Positions 13,771 through 27,700 of a stretch of DNA of 64,000 nucleotides are shown in pieces. Position numbers and translations under genes: made by a program. Origin of the DNA: Neophaeotheca triangularis. Its lineage: Eukaryota. Under the pieces are notes generated by a model, which made no database searches, was not told the origin of the DNA, and saw nothing but the letters and a program-made list of their open reading frames with translations. Each line of letters opens with the position of its first letter. Within the stretch, counting starts at the first letter, position 1. The stretch is from NCBI GenBank assembly GCA_054600435.1, contig BAAIJX010000017.1, positions 248,001 through 312,000 of the forward strand, read 5' to 3'.

Positions 13771-14943
13771 ATGGCGCGCGCACGTATAGTCTAAGCTACT
13801 GTTCTAACCGCTAGTATGCTCGTTATTACATACCTTAAACACATACCTTATAGTAGACTTAATCTACGGTACTAGGACTTCGTAAACCGCAGTAAACATG
13901 TCTTTTAGGACCTATACTAAGACAGTGAACGGCTCCGGCGGTATACGCGGTTTAGGCTATATTAGTTTGATAAGCTCTTCTTTCGAATAGGCGGTAACTT
14001 AAAGGACGGTTATAACATCTCTAGCCGCTAGAAGCTTATAATATTCTTACATTATGTCGGTAAGGGACGCTCCTTTTAGGGTCTTATAGAGGAATACTAC
14101 TACTCTAAATCTACTATATCCTTACTCTTTTATAAGGTGTTAGCTATATGTGTACAAATCTATAGAGAGCTCGTTAAAAGAGTAACCGAATAGGACGCTA
14201 ATCTACTACTTCTTCGTTAAGACGCCTCTAAGTATTAGCCGTAGTTTAAAGGGGTAGTAGGTACTCTAGATAGCTCTTATATCTACGCCTACATCGAAGA
14301 GGATAACTAGTCTCTATAGCGTAACTAGAAGGGGTTTATGTCGTAGAATGTACTCGCTATTATCGACTACTAATAGCGATTTACCTATGTTCTACTAGGG
14401 TAGGAAGGATTAGCTTATAACGGCTATGTGCTAAATGCTACTCGGTATATAGAAGGCCTTACTACTCCTCCTAGTAAATACTACCTCGTAGACGCTAGTT
14501 ATACTAATATAGACCTTATATTAGTACCTTATCGAGGTATGCGGTACTACCTTTAAGAGGTTATAATTACTAGTATGACGCTATAGACTCTAGAGGAGCT
14601 ATTTAACCTAAGACACTCTTCGCTCTATAATGTTGTCGAAAGCACCTTTAGTATCTTTAAGGCTCGGTTCCGTATATTCGACGCTACTCTAAGGTTTAAT
14701 CTAGAGACGTAGGTGTAGTTAGTATATGCCTATACTACGCTCTATAACCTACTTACGATAACTAGCGGTAACTTTATCGACTAAGACGACCTCGTAATAC
14801 TACTACTAGAGCCGGATTAGTATAATGAATTCGATAGTACTATAACTAGTAGGGGTAGAGATAGTAGTAAGAAGAACGGTATAATAAAGAGGCGTGTAGA
14901 GATAACGAAGGCAATGTAGGATAATTATATAGTAAGGAAATAA
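13771..14943 (+). pseudogene. Harbinger/PIF DDE transposase (HARBI1/DDE_Tnp_4-like), RIP-mutated
   Basis: One frame from ATG 13771. RIP-corrected motifs: GALDGSHI (~14261), RNRKGFMSQNVLA, FTYVLPGWEGSAHD, KYYLADAGY, ELFNLRHSSLRNVVESTFGIFKARFRI, AMWDNY. Confidence 0.9.
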
Positions 14944-15168
14944 GGTCAAGGAGACTAAGGAAGGTGAATTTTGACTATACGTTTAGTCATTAGGGAATAA
15001 GGAGGAGGTTATAGATAAGAGAGATGCCTTAGCGGGTATAGATGCCTATATTCCCCCTAAAACTATATATAAAGGAGCCCTCTTAACCTATATCACTACC
15101 CTATTTACTCTAGTCTACTCCCTTCGTCCTAATTAGCTAAGGGGTAACGTTAACTTCTACCTTAGGCG

Positions 15169-15443
15169 CTAATAGTTACCGTCTAAACCTTATATACCTT
15201 CTACGAGGTATTACTTAATCATTATCACCTATATATCCTCTAGCGCCTTAATGAATGACTCTATAGTCGACCTATCTACTAACCTCTTCGCTATAACTAT
15301 CTTCTCCTCGAATGCGAACCCCTCTAGTCGCTATAAGATACGAGCCGCGAGTTAGATAGGCGTTACGGCAGTAACCTTATATGCCTCTAAGCTCTCTATA
15401 ATTACGGTTATAAGAGCCTTAATAGAGCTCCCTACTTAGTTAG
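15169..15443 (-). pseudogene. Harbinger Myb/SANT protein, 3' part
   Basis: Continues the minus-strand frame across the GTTAG TSD (NQVGSSIKAL...PIQLAARILQRLEGFAFEEK...). The end position is approximate. Confidence 0.6.
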
Positions 15444-15659
15444 TATAAGAGGGAGAATTCCCTTTACATGATATGTAAGCTATATGTGATCCGCACGAGC
15501 TACGCTTAGCACCTATAGCTAAATATTAGCTAAGTCGGGTACCTATACATAAGTTCCTTAAGAAATATTGTACATATATTATAGTAGACACATTTCTATC
15601 TCACGCTATTAATTAGTATTATGCTATATATATTCTATATTAGACAATACACCCTTACA
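15444..15659 (+). repeat. 5' LTR of element A
   Basis: T(A/G)TAAGAGGGAG...CCCTTACA. Near-identical to 42030-42245, differing almost only by transitions. Confidence 0.95.
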
Positions 15660-15679
15660 TAATATTTCTTCCGAGATAG

Positions 15680-18600
15680 TAGCCCGAGATAGTCGAGACA
15701 CGCTAATCGTCCTGCCTAGTATTAGATAAAACCTAGCGACTAGGGACAAGCGACTCGTATATAGACCGCGACTTAGATATAGGTATCCTAGCGACAATTA
15801 GCGAGCGAATCGCTATGCTTAAAGTAGAGCGAGATGCGCTATGCTAAGCGTCTACCCTTACATGACTAGAGCGTAATGTAGAGGCGCTAAGACGAGGTAA
15901 GGAACCTATATTAGAGCTAGGCCGCACGATGACCGTACCTTAAGAGCATGTAGTAAAGAAGCGTACCTTATGACTAAAGGACCCGGAAAACTATAGTAGA
16001 AAAACGCTAAAGGTATATAGAGTTTTTATGTAGGAGTATAAAATGGCTTTTAATATTACCCTAGACAACTTTTAAAGCGACCACTATAAGATTATATAGG
16101 CTATATAGTTTCTCCGAAATACCCCTACTAATTTATAGTTTAGCTACTAGCGATCCCTCGATAACTCGACTCGAGTAACATAGGACGACTTTATAAAGTT
16201 CCTACTAGACGAGGTCGAAGATCCGTTTAACTATAGGTTAGACATAGCTAAATGATATAATAATGTATACTAGGGAACCTACTTAGTAAAGGATTTCGCA
16301 ATCTACCTCGAGACCCTCGAAGATTAGCTCGCTCTATATAGCGAAGAACACCGTATCGAGTACTTATATACGAAGCTTCGAAAGGAGCTCTATATTACCC
16401 TTACGAATCTCTATAAGATACCTATTACACGGGAATCGCTTATAGTAAAGGCGGCTATCCTAGAGCGTAATATATAAAAGAGCGGTATAGCTAAGTCGTA
16501 CACGACGGGCGCGACGACTATATCTCGGTTACATAATAAGCATAAGGGCGACGAGAATAAGAAAGAGAATAGTAGAGATAAGAAAGAGAACAGAACAAAC
16601 CCGGGCGTATATATACCGGCTTCGACATAGTTAGGCGATACTAGGGTTTACTATACCTACGGCTAAAAGGGCTATATCTCTCTTACCTATCTAAAGAAGA
16701 AGGATAACCCTAATAGCCCCCTAGTTAGTAACATCTAGGGAAAAGACCGTACGTCCTAGATGACTCGGGATAAGTAAGGCGTAAACGGATTGACCTTATA
16801 CCGCTAATAGAACATACCTAGGACATACTCGACTCGTAATCGCGACTACGGCCTATCCGAGTTACCTTAGACCCTAGGGGCGTAGTAAGTATAATTAGCT
16901 AGGCTATAGCGAAGCAACTAAGCCTTACGCTAGTTAAGAGCGATCTACCTATCCTAGTATAGGTAAATAGCAAGAGAGAGTACTACTACGTAGTATATAA
17001 GGTTAACCTGTAGGCAACTAACGATAAAGGGGAGTTTCGCGTATTCTCCGCTACGGTATATAGGATCGACAAAGAAGGCCCTAACCTATTTATTAGGAAT
17101 TCTACCCTAAGAAGACAAAGCGTTATAATCGACTATAGAACGTAGCTGTTCCGCTTCGGCCTTATTAATAAGGCGCTAGTATAGCTCGTTAAGCTCGATA
17201 ACCTAATAGATAAAGAGAAAGGCACTCTCGCTATACTAGGCATAGTCTAGCTAGTTTACGAACTATAGGTATCGGGAATAGCGGCATTGTTTAGTATAGG
17301 CGAAGAGCCTAAGGTACGTATACTAGACGCACTTTAGGAATATGCGGATATATTCTCTACGGATTCGGCAGCCCTACTCCTAGTACATAAAGGAACCGAC
17401 CACTAGATTAACCTATACCCTAACATAGAGCTACCTTATAGACCTCTATATAACCTATCGTATAGGGAACTTGAAATCTTAAGGGAGTACCTAATAAAGG
17501 CCCTTAAGAGAGGCTAGATAAGATATAGTACTTCCCCTATAGGAGCCCTAGTAATGTTCGTTCTAAAGAAGGACGGCACCTTACGACTATATGTCGATTA
17601 CCGTGTAATTAATAAGCGGATAATTAAGGATCGATGTCCGATTCCACTAATTAGCGAGACTCTCGATCAGTTAAGTAGTATAAAGTACTACTCCTATCAA
17701 GACCTAAAGGACGCCTACTACCGCATTCGAATAGTAGCGGGGGATAAATAGAAGATAGCTTTTCGTACTAGGTATAGCTATTTTAAGTACCTAGTTATAC
17801 CTTTTAGATTAGCTAATGCTCTAGCGACCTTTTAGGCCTATATAAACTACGTACTAGCGGGTTTAGTCGACATTTCGTGCGTTGTCTACCTCGACGACAT
17901 TTTGATCTATACATATAACGTAGACCTTAAACGCTATTAGATCATAGTTCGAAAGGTCCTAGACTGCCTATAAAACATATAGCTATTTGCGAACCTTAAG
18001 AAGTGTAGTTTCGCTATCTAGTAGGTAGAATACCTAGGATTTATCGTAAGTATAGAAGGTGTTTAAGTAGACCTTAAGAGGGTAGCGACAATCTAGGAAT
18101 AGCTAGCTCCTTAGACAATTAAGGAGCTCTAAGGCTTCCTAGGATTTACGAACTTTTACTGCCGTTTTATCATAGGATACTCGCGTATTATTACGCCCCT
18201 TACCGTATTAACGCGGAAGGATACCGTATAGTAGTAGGAAGGCGATACGGAGCGTACCTTTAACTAGTTAATCGACGCTTTCTAATATATGCCTATCCTA
18301 CGGCATTTTAATGTATTATAGGTAATTCGCCTCGACATAGATATATCGACTTTTGCGATTACGGGTATTATGTTATAGCAAGACGAGAATAGACAATAGA
18401 GGCTAGTAGCCTTTATCTCTTACAAGCTAGAACTAGTAGAGCGGAACTACGAGGTATATAACTACGAGCTTATAGCTATCATGTTCTGTTTTAAGTAATA
18501 GAGGCATTACCTTAACGGTACTTAGTACATTACTTAGGTCTATACGGACTATAATAACCTATAGGGTATACGCGATGTGCGGAAGCTTAACCCGCGATAA

Positions 18601-20173
18601 GCGAGATAGGCAATGTTCCTTACTAGCTTCGATTTCGAAGTTTACTACTAGGTAGGAAAGACAAATCCTACGGACGGTCCCTCGCGAAGGCCGGACTACT
18701 ACACGGAGAATGACGTAGTTAACTCCTTATTACCTATACTTTAACGTAAAGTGCGTTTGTCGATAGATAAAACCCTACTAGAGTATATGAATACGTTCGT
18801 AATTAGGGCTATAAACACTATAACTATAGCGGGTAAGTAACGCTTATTATCTACACCTTAAGGGGTTACGGAATATACTAACGAAGGATTACTAGATCCT
18901 ATGTCTAGTATAGCTAGGTATACATAGCGCGTGCCTCGTTATATAGTAAGGTTACTACTAAGTAATAAACCTATATAGGGTATAGGCGAGTAGTTACGAG
19001 AAACAATCTATAAGATGTAGTAGAGGGACGCCTTTATATACAAATAATTAGATACCGCCTCGCACGACACTCGTACTACCCGAAGTAGCGATATACAGCT
19101 TTAGCGTAAAGACGAAAACAGTCTTCTCCGGTATAAGGGGAGACTATATATTCCTTACGAGGAGTTATTCTAGGTAGAGCTTCTACGGAAGTGTTATGAT
19201 AATCCTATAGCGAGTTATTATAGAGCCCTCTCTATATAAGAACTCCTGTCTAGGCACTATTAGTAGCTAGATATAGAAAAACATGTATAAAACTATATTA
19301 GTATATATACGGTTTACTAGTAGAGTAACGTACTAAGACATAAGCCTTACGGCGAGATGAGTTCCTTATCTATCCCTAAGAATGTGTTTAAAGAGTTAAC
19401 TATAGACTTCATTATAGGGCTACTACTATCTAAGAGAGATAACTACATATATGATACGATCCTCGTAATAGTCGACCGCTACTCGAAGATAGTCCTCTAT
19501 ATACCTACTTATAAAACATAGACTACTTAGGACTTTACAAAAGTCTTTATAGACTACGTAATATGTAAGTATATTATGCCTAACGGGGTTATCTCCGATA
19601 GAGGATCGATCTTTATATTAGCATTTTAGTCCGAGATATGCTTCTAACTACATATAGCGAGATGCCTATTAACCGCATTTCATCTATAGACGGATAGCTA
19701 AATAGAAAGACAAAACTAGGTACTAGAGCATTACCTAAGAATCTTCTACTATGAATAGCAAGATAACTAGGCCCCTATACTACCTATTACTAAATTTACC
19801 TATAATAATATAGTGTATTTAAGTATAGGAACATCGCCTTTTTAAGCATACTACGGTAAATCTAGTAATTATCCCGAGGCTCCTAAGGATAGTCGCCCTA
19901 GAGGGGAGGTACCTACTACGTATAACAGAATAAACTACCTACGGGAGATACGCGAGTAGCTTAAGAAGAAGATCCGAGCCGTACAAGAATCGTAGAAGAG
20001 GCATTACAATGCGAAACACTAACTAATACGCTTTAAACTAGGAGATATAGTGATGCTAAATACTAAGAACCTTAAGGTAAATAGACTAAGTAGGAAGATA
20101 TTAGACAAATTCATTAGGCCTTTTAGAGTTAGCACTATAGTTAGCTTATAGGCGTACCGTATATAGATACTAC
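15680..20173 (+). pseudogene. Element A gag-pol (gag with CCHC knuckle, PR, RT, RNase H, integrase), RIP-mutated
   Basis: CCHC CYTCGQKGHISLTC (corrected) at ~16648. RT FVLKKDGTLRL(C)VDYR at 17554 and VYLDD at ~17884. RNase H ERNYEV..YEL.AI. Integrase HPQTDGQTERQNQVLE (corrected) at ~19681. Start approximate. Confidence 0.88.
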
Positions 20174-20528
20174 TATCGTGGTAACTCCTATGCTGTATTT
20201 ATAGGCGGGCTAGTTTTGCGGTATTTGCTTTGTCATTACCCCCTTTACATACTTATACCTCCCCTATACTAGCACTTATATCTTAGACACCTACCGACCT
20301 AGATAGACACGGAATGAATTGCGACTGCTTAAATTAGCCTTTATGCACTATAACCGACCTAATTGATTTCTGACCCCCGACGTATTATTCGTAACCGTTA
20401 CGAACAATCCCTAATTCTCGACTATACCCGATTCCTAATGCTACTACATTGTTCATAACCATTATGAACAATACCTCTCCGAGTAAAAACTAGTCTCCCG
20501 GCTTATCGAGTGTTTACGCCGCACGACA
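20174..20528 (+). repeat. 5' LTR of element B
   Basis: Direct repeat of 39882-40237 (transitions plus one C-run indel). Contains two 25-bp palindromes. Confidence 0.95.
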
Positions 20529-21207
20529 TATTTAGAGCCGAAGGTAGGGCGATCGCATATTGTCTTCGTCCTAATAGCCGAACCTACGCTCTAGGAATTA
20601 TACCTACTATAAGACTACCTAGCTTATAGAACTTACCCTTCGATAAGGGAACTAGAAAAGGGACTCGATAACGCGATAGCGGCGCTACGGTTAACCCTAA
20701 GAAACCCACTACCCTACCCCGCTATTCTCCTATCCTAACGAAATGACGATAGCGGCTTCTAGATAGCCTAGACTACTACTTACTGCTTTAGCTTTTCTCG
20801 CCCTTACCGTTCTACTTAGCCTAGATACGGTTATCTACGCTACGTAAGGTTTTAGACTGTTCGGTATTATCGCCGAAAACTTAATAGAGCTTTAAAAATG
20901 TAGAGGCCGGAGTCTCCCGCGACGACGCTCGTCTTATTTTAATAGAGGTAAACCTTCTACATGCTACCGGAGAATCCGGACCTTTAGGACCTCTAGTAGA
21001 GAAAAGATATCATCTCGGCTATAGATCGAAGAAAGACTACGAGGTACCGCTTAAGATTAACTTCGCAAATTCACTACTAAGAACATCGCTTACATTCTTA
21101 GCTTCCTTACTCGGTCTATTGCTTATATGTTCTAAGATTCTACTATTTTATTTACGCCGCCTTACTATTATTACTGTTTCTAGAAAACTGAACAAATAAC
21201 TTAAAAT

Positions 21208-24200
21208 ATGTCTAACTCCCCTCTCGATATTTCCCTTACCCTAGAAGACATGTAGGACGCGGGGCCTACTACTTCCTCGGCACTATCTACCCCCGCGCTT
21301 ACCCTAGGATCTAGCGGGGACGGCCCCGGGGCGTCCCTACTGTCGCGTCCCGCTAATACCCTAGGGTACGTGATTACGGCGTCTCCCCCGAGCCCCTACG
21401 AGCCTAGAGCGGCCTACTTCGATAGTAGTAACCTTACGAGCTTTATGCGGAAGTATAAGAAGATATGCGTGTAGTTTAGGTTCGACTCCTATCGCGTAGC
21501 CGAACTACTCGATAGCTACGTTAGCGACGAGGTCTAGGCCTAGGTGTTAGACCTTAAGCACGACAGCTCGTTAGTAGGCGTCTTCGCTACTATAAAGGTT
21601 AAGTTCGGGGATTTCGACTTGGAGCGACTTACCGGAAGTGTAGAAGTACTCGCGGGTTTCGTAGCTAAGAGTAAAGCCGCTAGCTATCCGAACGGGATCC
21701 TAGAGTATGTTCGTAGTTTCGAGAGCATTGTCTATAAGGCTAAAGATTAGGGGAACCCTCTTAGGGGACTAGAGATTATAAAGCACTTCCTCTATGGTTT
21801 GCCTTAGAACTTATAGGAGCGTCTTATCCGGCGGTTCTAGATTAATCCGCTTATGTCTAGCGAGTCTATTAAGTACCGATAACTATTCGGGGCTATCGAG
21901 GACAAGGTCCGTGCCGACTAATCCTTAGAGATGTTAAATTCGGTTTATAACGCGATGGCCCGTATAGAGGCTAGCGAGAAACCTATCGTATATACGCTAG
22001 TCCCTACCGCGGCATTCCCGGCGCCGGCTTTCGGGAGCTAGGGACGTCCTATACCTAACTTCCCTAAACAGCCTACCTCTAAAAAGGAAATAGACGAACT
22101 AGTAGCTAAGTTCAAGACGCTTAAGTTAAACGCTATAGACCTAGCTATTATAGTTAAGAATGCGGGCTACTACGGATTTACTATATCTAACATTCTAGCC
22201 GGCGCCGCGACTAATGTCTTCTAGGCAGCTCCGTAACCTTCCTTTCCCGAACGGTCTACTTACGCCCCTACTACTACTACCCCTAATTTTAATAACTACA
22301 CGTAGTATCCTAGTTAGGGTTATAGCGCTCCTAATGCTACCTACGGAACGGCGCTAGGAGGCTACTTTATGTATAGCGGCCTATACGGATAGATAACTTA
22401 CCCCGGATTTCTCGAGCTTGTTAATAAGGGACTCGTATACTCTAACCTAAGTAGTAAACGTATCCGATAGGGATCTGTTTAAAACCCGGGAGATGAACTC
22501 TAAAGGCTTCTATAGGAAAACCGGCTCGATACTATTAAGTAGAAGATTGAACGGGGCGAGAACCGGTTCGTGCCCGTCGCCGCGTAGGGTCCCGCGGTTC
22601 GCTTTATGACTATACTCCCTCTATTATCCCGTTCCGACACCTCCGAGGACGAGGACGACGCCTCTTTATATCTAATGTAGACTCGATCTAGCCCGGGGCC
22701 GGTTCAAGATCCGGACGCGAGAGTGTACAAGAAGCGAGTTGCTCCTAAAGTCCGCGTGACGAGGCCTAGCGAGTACGAGAAGCTAGTAGACAGCGCGACT
22801 TATGAGAAAAGCTAGACTATTCCCCGTAACTCGCTAATTAATCGACTAGTCGAGGAAAGGGACACCGATGACGAAGACTAGTAACAGCCGGCGCCGCTAG
22901 GGACAAAACAGTAGGCCTCGAGACGTACGAAGCTCCTCGATATCCTTATCCGAAATTAGTGCGATAACGCTACGATACTAGAGATACTCCTTAGCGGCGA
23001 TGTTACCGTAAACCGTATAGACGTCTTAGCGAAGATACTAGGTGTCTAGAAGCTACTATTTAGCCCGCTACCCGAGGGGCTAGCTAACGATGTGTAGCGA
23101 GAAATAGATATAACCGCTACGTAACGGCGCCTTGCCCGTAAAGCGAAGAAGTCTACCGCTAGAGGTGCTTCCGTGTTGCCTACTATTACCGCAGCTCATG
23201 ATTCGGTCGATAGGCGTCGACGGAATGCTACCGCATTAAACACTACGTTACTCTATATAACCGCCTATGACATCGACAATCTTATAGGAGAGGACCTAGT
23301 TTATCGTAACGACTCCCTAGTCTACGAGATAAGGATCGGGAAGACTAACGTAACTATGCTCCTCGACTCTAGCGCGGATATTAATGTTATGACGAGAGAC
23401 GTGGCTAAACGCGCTCGACTACTAATTACGAGGTTACCGTCTTCTATTAGTCCGGGCATTATAGTAGCAAATAGAGATGTAGTCACCTTTATTAGGTAGG
23501 TTCCTAACGCGCCCGTTTAGGTCGGCTAGGTCGTTATTCGTACGCCGATGCTAGTAGTAGAGTAGTTATCGAAACCCTATATCCTCGGAGAGCTATACGC
23601 CTACCGCGCTTCCCTCGAAGTTCGGAGGAATCCGTTAGGCAAAGTTACCTACTAGGTCACTAGTAAGGATAGCTTAGCGACTATAGACTTTATTCCTAGT
23701 ACGGGGATTCGTCGACTAGTAGGCTTAGATTCTAAGGCTAGAAACCATTTCTCCCTTAATAGTGTTAGCATATATACGGTACGTGTAGATCGGAGCGCGT
23801 CCTCTATTTATTCGTTAAAAGGTAGGGCGGACAAGTAGGTTCGATTACTACTACTAATACCTACCGAGAACTAAGCAAATCATTATTCATAACTACTACG
23901 AATAATCCTAGCTTTCACGAAGCGACTAATAACACTATGACGACCCGAGCATTGTTCGCAACTACTACGAATAATCCCTCCGGTCACGTAACACCCGGAC
24001 GCTCCGCTAACTCCGCGACTAGTACCCGAGCGTTGTTCGTAACTACTATGAACAATCCCTCCGGTCACGTAACACCCGGACGCTCCGCTAACTCCGCGAC
24101 TAGTACCTAAGTATTATTCGTAACTACTATGAATAATCCCTCTAGTCACGTGACACCTAGACGCTCCGCTAACTCTACGACTAGTACCCGAGTATTGTTC

Positions 24201-24436
24201 GTAACCGCTACGAACAATACCCTAGGTAGGGTCTCCTACGTATAGAGGTTAAGCATGATAGCGGATAGTGTAAAGCTCTCGTAGAGTGTAAAACCTTTAG
24301 AACTTATAGCGCTCGCCTCCGACCCTACCTTATTACCGAAGGAGAATTTCAGTGTTATGACTATAGCTAAACGGAAGGCGGACAAGGTAGTGCCTATCGA
24401 CGACTCGAGTGCTATCCCCTCTAAGATTCCTAGTAG
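21208..24436 (+). pseudogene. Element B gag, protease and start of pol, RIP-mutated
   Basis: ATG 21208. AYFD(G)SNLTSFMRKY gag-like motif. CCHC CFMCGGPHGQNNC (corrected) at ~22363. Protease MLLDS(G)ADINVM at ~23356 in the gag frame. AKRKADKVVP pre-RT motif in the -1 frame. Confidence 0.8.
23882..24218 (+). repeat. Tandem array of 5 palindrome-containing units (period 69, 81, 81, 81 bp) inside element B pol
   Basis: Cores at 23882, 23951, 24032, 24113 and 24194. The 81-bp units are near-identical and frame-preserving (ALFVTATNNPSGHVTPGRSADSATSTR-like). Confidence 0.9.
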
Positions 24437-24659
24437 TGTTACGACCGCGGCGCTAGCGGGACATCGGCGGCCTAAGCTATAGAGTAGCTCGGGAGTACTA
24501 AGCGTACACACTATAAAAGTATATGAGATAGCTAATAGTGAAGTCTCCTGTCTACTATCGAATAGTTTCTATATTAAAGGACTATTACTATTATTACCAT
24601 TATTACGCTCTGCCCTCGCTCCGCCGTAGTCCTAACCGAGTTATAGTCTCGGTCTTACA
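24437..24659 (+). repeat. 5' LTR of element C
   Basis: TGTTACGACC...GGTCTTACA; direct repeat of 31978-32200. Confidence 0.95.
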
Positions 24660-24769
24660 ATTCTATTCGATCTTAGAACCTTTTCAGGTTAAGATTCGCT
24701 CGGACATTATAGTACTATCGCGCTCGCTATACCCTCGGGTTAACGACGCTAACCTAGTAGACTCCCCTA

Positions 24770-27700
24770 ATACTATAACCGGAGTTAACACCCCGTAAGA
24801 ATAAGAAGAGGTAGCGACGGACTAATACACGGTCCTTACTACCGCCATTACGGAACTCTAATAGTAATTAGTAGAGCGTATAGCGCCTATTTAGCGAGCC
24901 GCTAATAGAGCGACGGTCCCCCGCAACGAGTCCGAAAGAGGACATATCGAACTAGAGGACCTAGTAGACATTGCCCCTACCCTAGTAGTATGTAAGTAGA
25001 CGGTAGATGAAGATCTACCTGCTAGCGTAACGATAAAGGAGCGAAAGTCTTATATCGATATCGAGAAAGCTTTTCGCTCGGCTAAACTAACGGTTTATAG
25101 GAGTTATCCTAATCTCCTAAAAGTATAGACGTTTATCTAGCAATGTGAGCATGTGTTTAAGATATACCCTTATGTTTACTTTTACTAGTATAAGCGTGTC
25201 TAGTATGCCGTAGGCCGCCTATATGGCCGCGTCGGCTAGAACTAGGAGAGTAAAGAATCACGACTCGAACGCGAAGAGATAAAATAGCCTATATTTAAAG
25301 AATGGCTACTAGATTAGATCCTCGGCCCCGAAAACCGCGCTATAAATATAGCGTTCCGAGGTTTTAGACATGTTTAGGGGGCGACCTAATCTATTCACGA
25401 CTACCTCTCGTATGTCGAAGACTCCCTCCGCGAGGCCGACGTCGCCCTACTACTAGAGTATACGCTCCTTACCCTCGTTAAGATAGGTCTACAGGAAAAT
25501 CTTAAGGCCAAGCTAAATGCTTAGCCGACAGTACTAGACAACCGGTATAACCTCGTCGCGCTTTATACGCGCCTCGACGATACTAGCCGCGGCGGCCGGG
25601 ACGCTAAAGGCGAGATGGCGGATAGGCCACGTAAGACCGACTTAAGAGGTTTTAGCTATAAGAAAAGAGAACAAAACTAGAGTATAGGCGATAACAACTC
25701 TAAACCGCGCCGCTAGCATACCGATAGAATACTAGCGACCGGTGTAAACCGTATAGGTACGACCTACGGTAGCGAACGAAACAACAAAGCCCTCGAAGAA
25801 AACCTTTGTTTCAAATGCGGCAATAAAGGCTACTAGTAAGAAAATTGCCGAAAGGGAAAAGCTTAGCCCTAGGTCATTCAATTGTTAGCCTTAAGGGCTT
25901 AGGGCGGCAAGTAGGCAGTACGTTAACGGAGCGCCTATAGGCTATTATAAAGATATACGATCGTACCTATGACGGGCTACGCTTCGAGGCCCGCGGGCTT
26001 ATCGACACGGGAGCGTATTATAATGTCATCTTAGGAGACATCGCGGTCCGGTATAACCTGCCGATAAAGGGTAACTAGATTCGTAGGCTACGAGCCTTTA
26101 GCGATGTCGAAGCCCTAATAGTAGGCCGATGTCGACTCTATACTAAAGTCGCTAATTTAGACGGTATGGTTTAAACTATCCCGTAGATGTTCGAAGTAGT
26201 GAACTAGAAGGATTATGAAATGATTCTTAGAATGCCTTAGATCCGATCTACGAAAGCATAGCTTAACTTCGCGTCGCCGCTAGTGTAGTGGCGCTATAGC
26301 GGCGTATATAATAAAGAAGAAGTCGAAATCATCGAGGCCGAAGAACTAGCCCGAGATATTAACAGTAGAGCATCTATCCTCGCCATTAGCGTAGAAGACC
26401 TACGCGGGACCCTAGCGGAGCCGTAGGTACCCGAGTAGTTAGCGGAATACGCTAGGGTGTTTAAATCGGAGAAGGCGAAAGAGTTACCTCTACATACACT
26501 TCACGACTACTATGTCGAACTAGTCGAGGGAAAAAACCCTCCTAGTAGACCGATCTACCTATGCTCCGAGCTAGAGCTTAAGGAAATGTAGTCGTAGATT
26601 AATAACCTGCTTGCGACGGACTACATTAAGCCTAGTACTAGCCCCGCTAGCGTACCGTTACTGTTCGTTAAGAAGAAAAACGGCAAACTTCGTATATACG
26701 TCGATTACCGCGGCTTAAACGAAATCACTATTAAGAACAAGTACCCTTTACTGCTTATTAGTAAACTCTTAGACAGAGTCCGCGGATTAACGTGGTTTTC
26801 GAAAATCGATTTAGTCGAGGCATACTACCGTTTACGTATCGCCTAGGGCGACGAGTAGAAGACGGCGTTCCGCTATTAGTACGGCCATTTTCAATATAAG
26901 GTTATGCCTTTCGGACTCGCTAATACACCGGCGTCGTTCTAGGCCTTTATTAATAAGGTTCTTATAGAGCTAGTTAACCATTACTACGTAGTATACATAG
27001 ATGACGTTCTTATCTATTCCCGTACTGAAGTAGAACACCGCGAACACGTTCGAGCGGTCTACCGTCGGCTCGCTAACGCTAAGCTGTATACTAGCCTCGA
27101 GAAATGCGAGTTCATGGTCCGAGAAATTAGATTCCTCGGTTTTATCATTAACTCTACCGGAGTAGCGATAGAGCCCCTACGGGTAGCCATAGTATAAGAT
27201 TAGCTAATGCTAAAGTCCTTAAAAGAACTCTAAGTGTTCCTAGGATTCGCGAATTTCTATCGTCGCTTCATCGAGGGGTATGTAAAGATTACCGCTCCCC
27301 TTACGGACTACCTACGGCATAGCGGCGGTAAATGGTAGCCACTAGGTAAAGATACCTAAAAATCCTTTAAAAGGTTAAAGCATAGCTTCATTTTAGCACT
27401 AGTACTACGGCACTTTAACGCTACGCTAGAGACCCGCCTTAAGACCGATATATTAGGATACGTATTAGGAGGCATACTCGCGTAGAAGTACTCGGACACG
27501 CTATAGCATCTAGTCGCATATTACTCTAAGAAGCTTAAAGGGCTAGAGTTACGATATCTAGTGCACGATTAGGAACTGCTCGCTATCGTCGAGGCGACGC
27601 GCTAATAGTAGCACTACATATTGTCGGCTAAGAGTAAAGTTTAGGTGCTTATAGATCATAATAATCTAAAGTACTTCCTATCGACAAAGAAATTGTTAGG

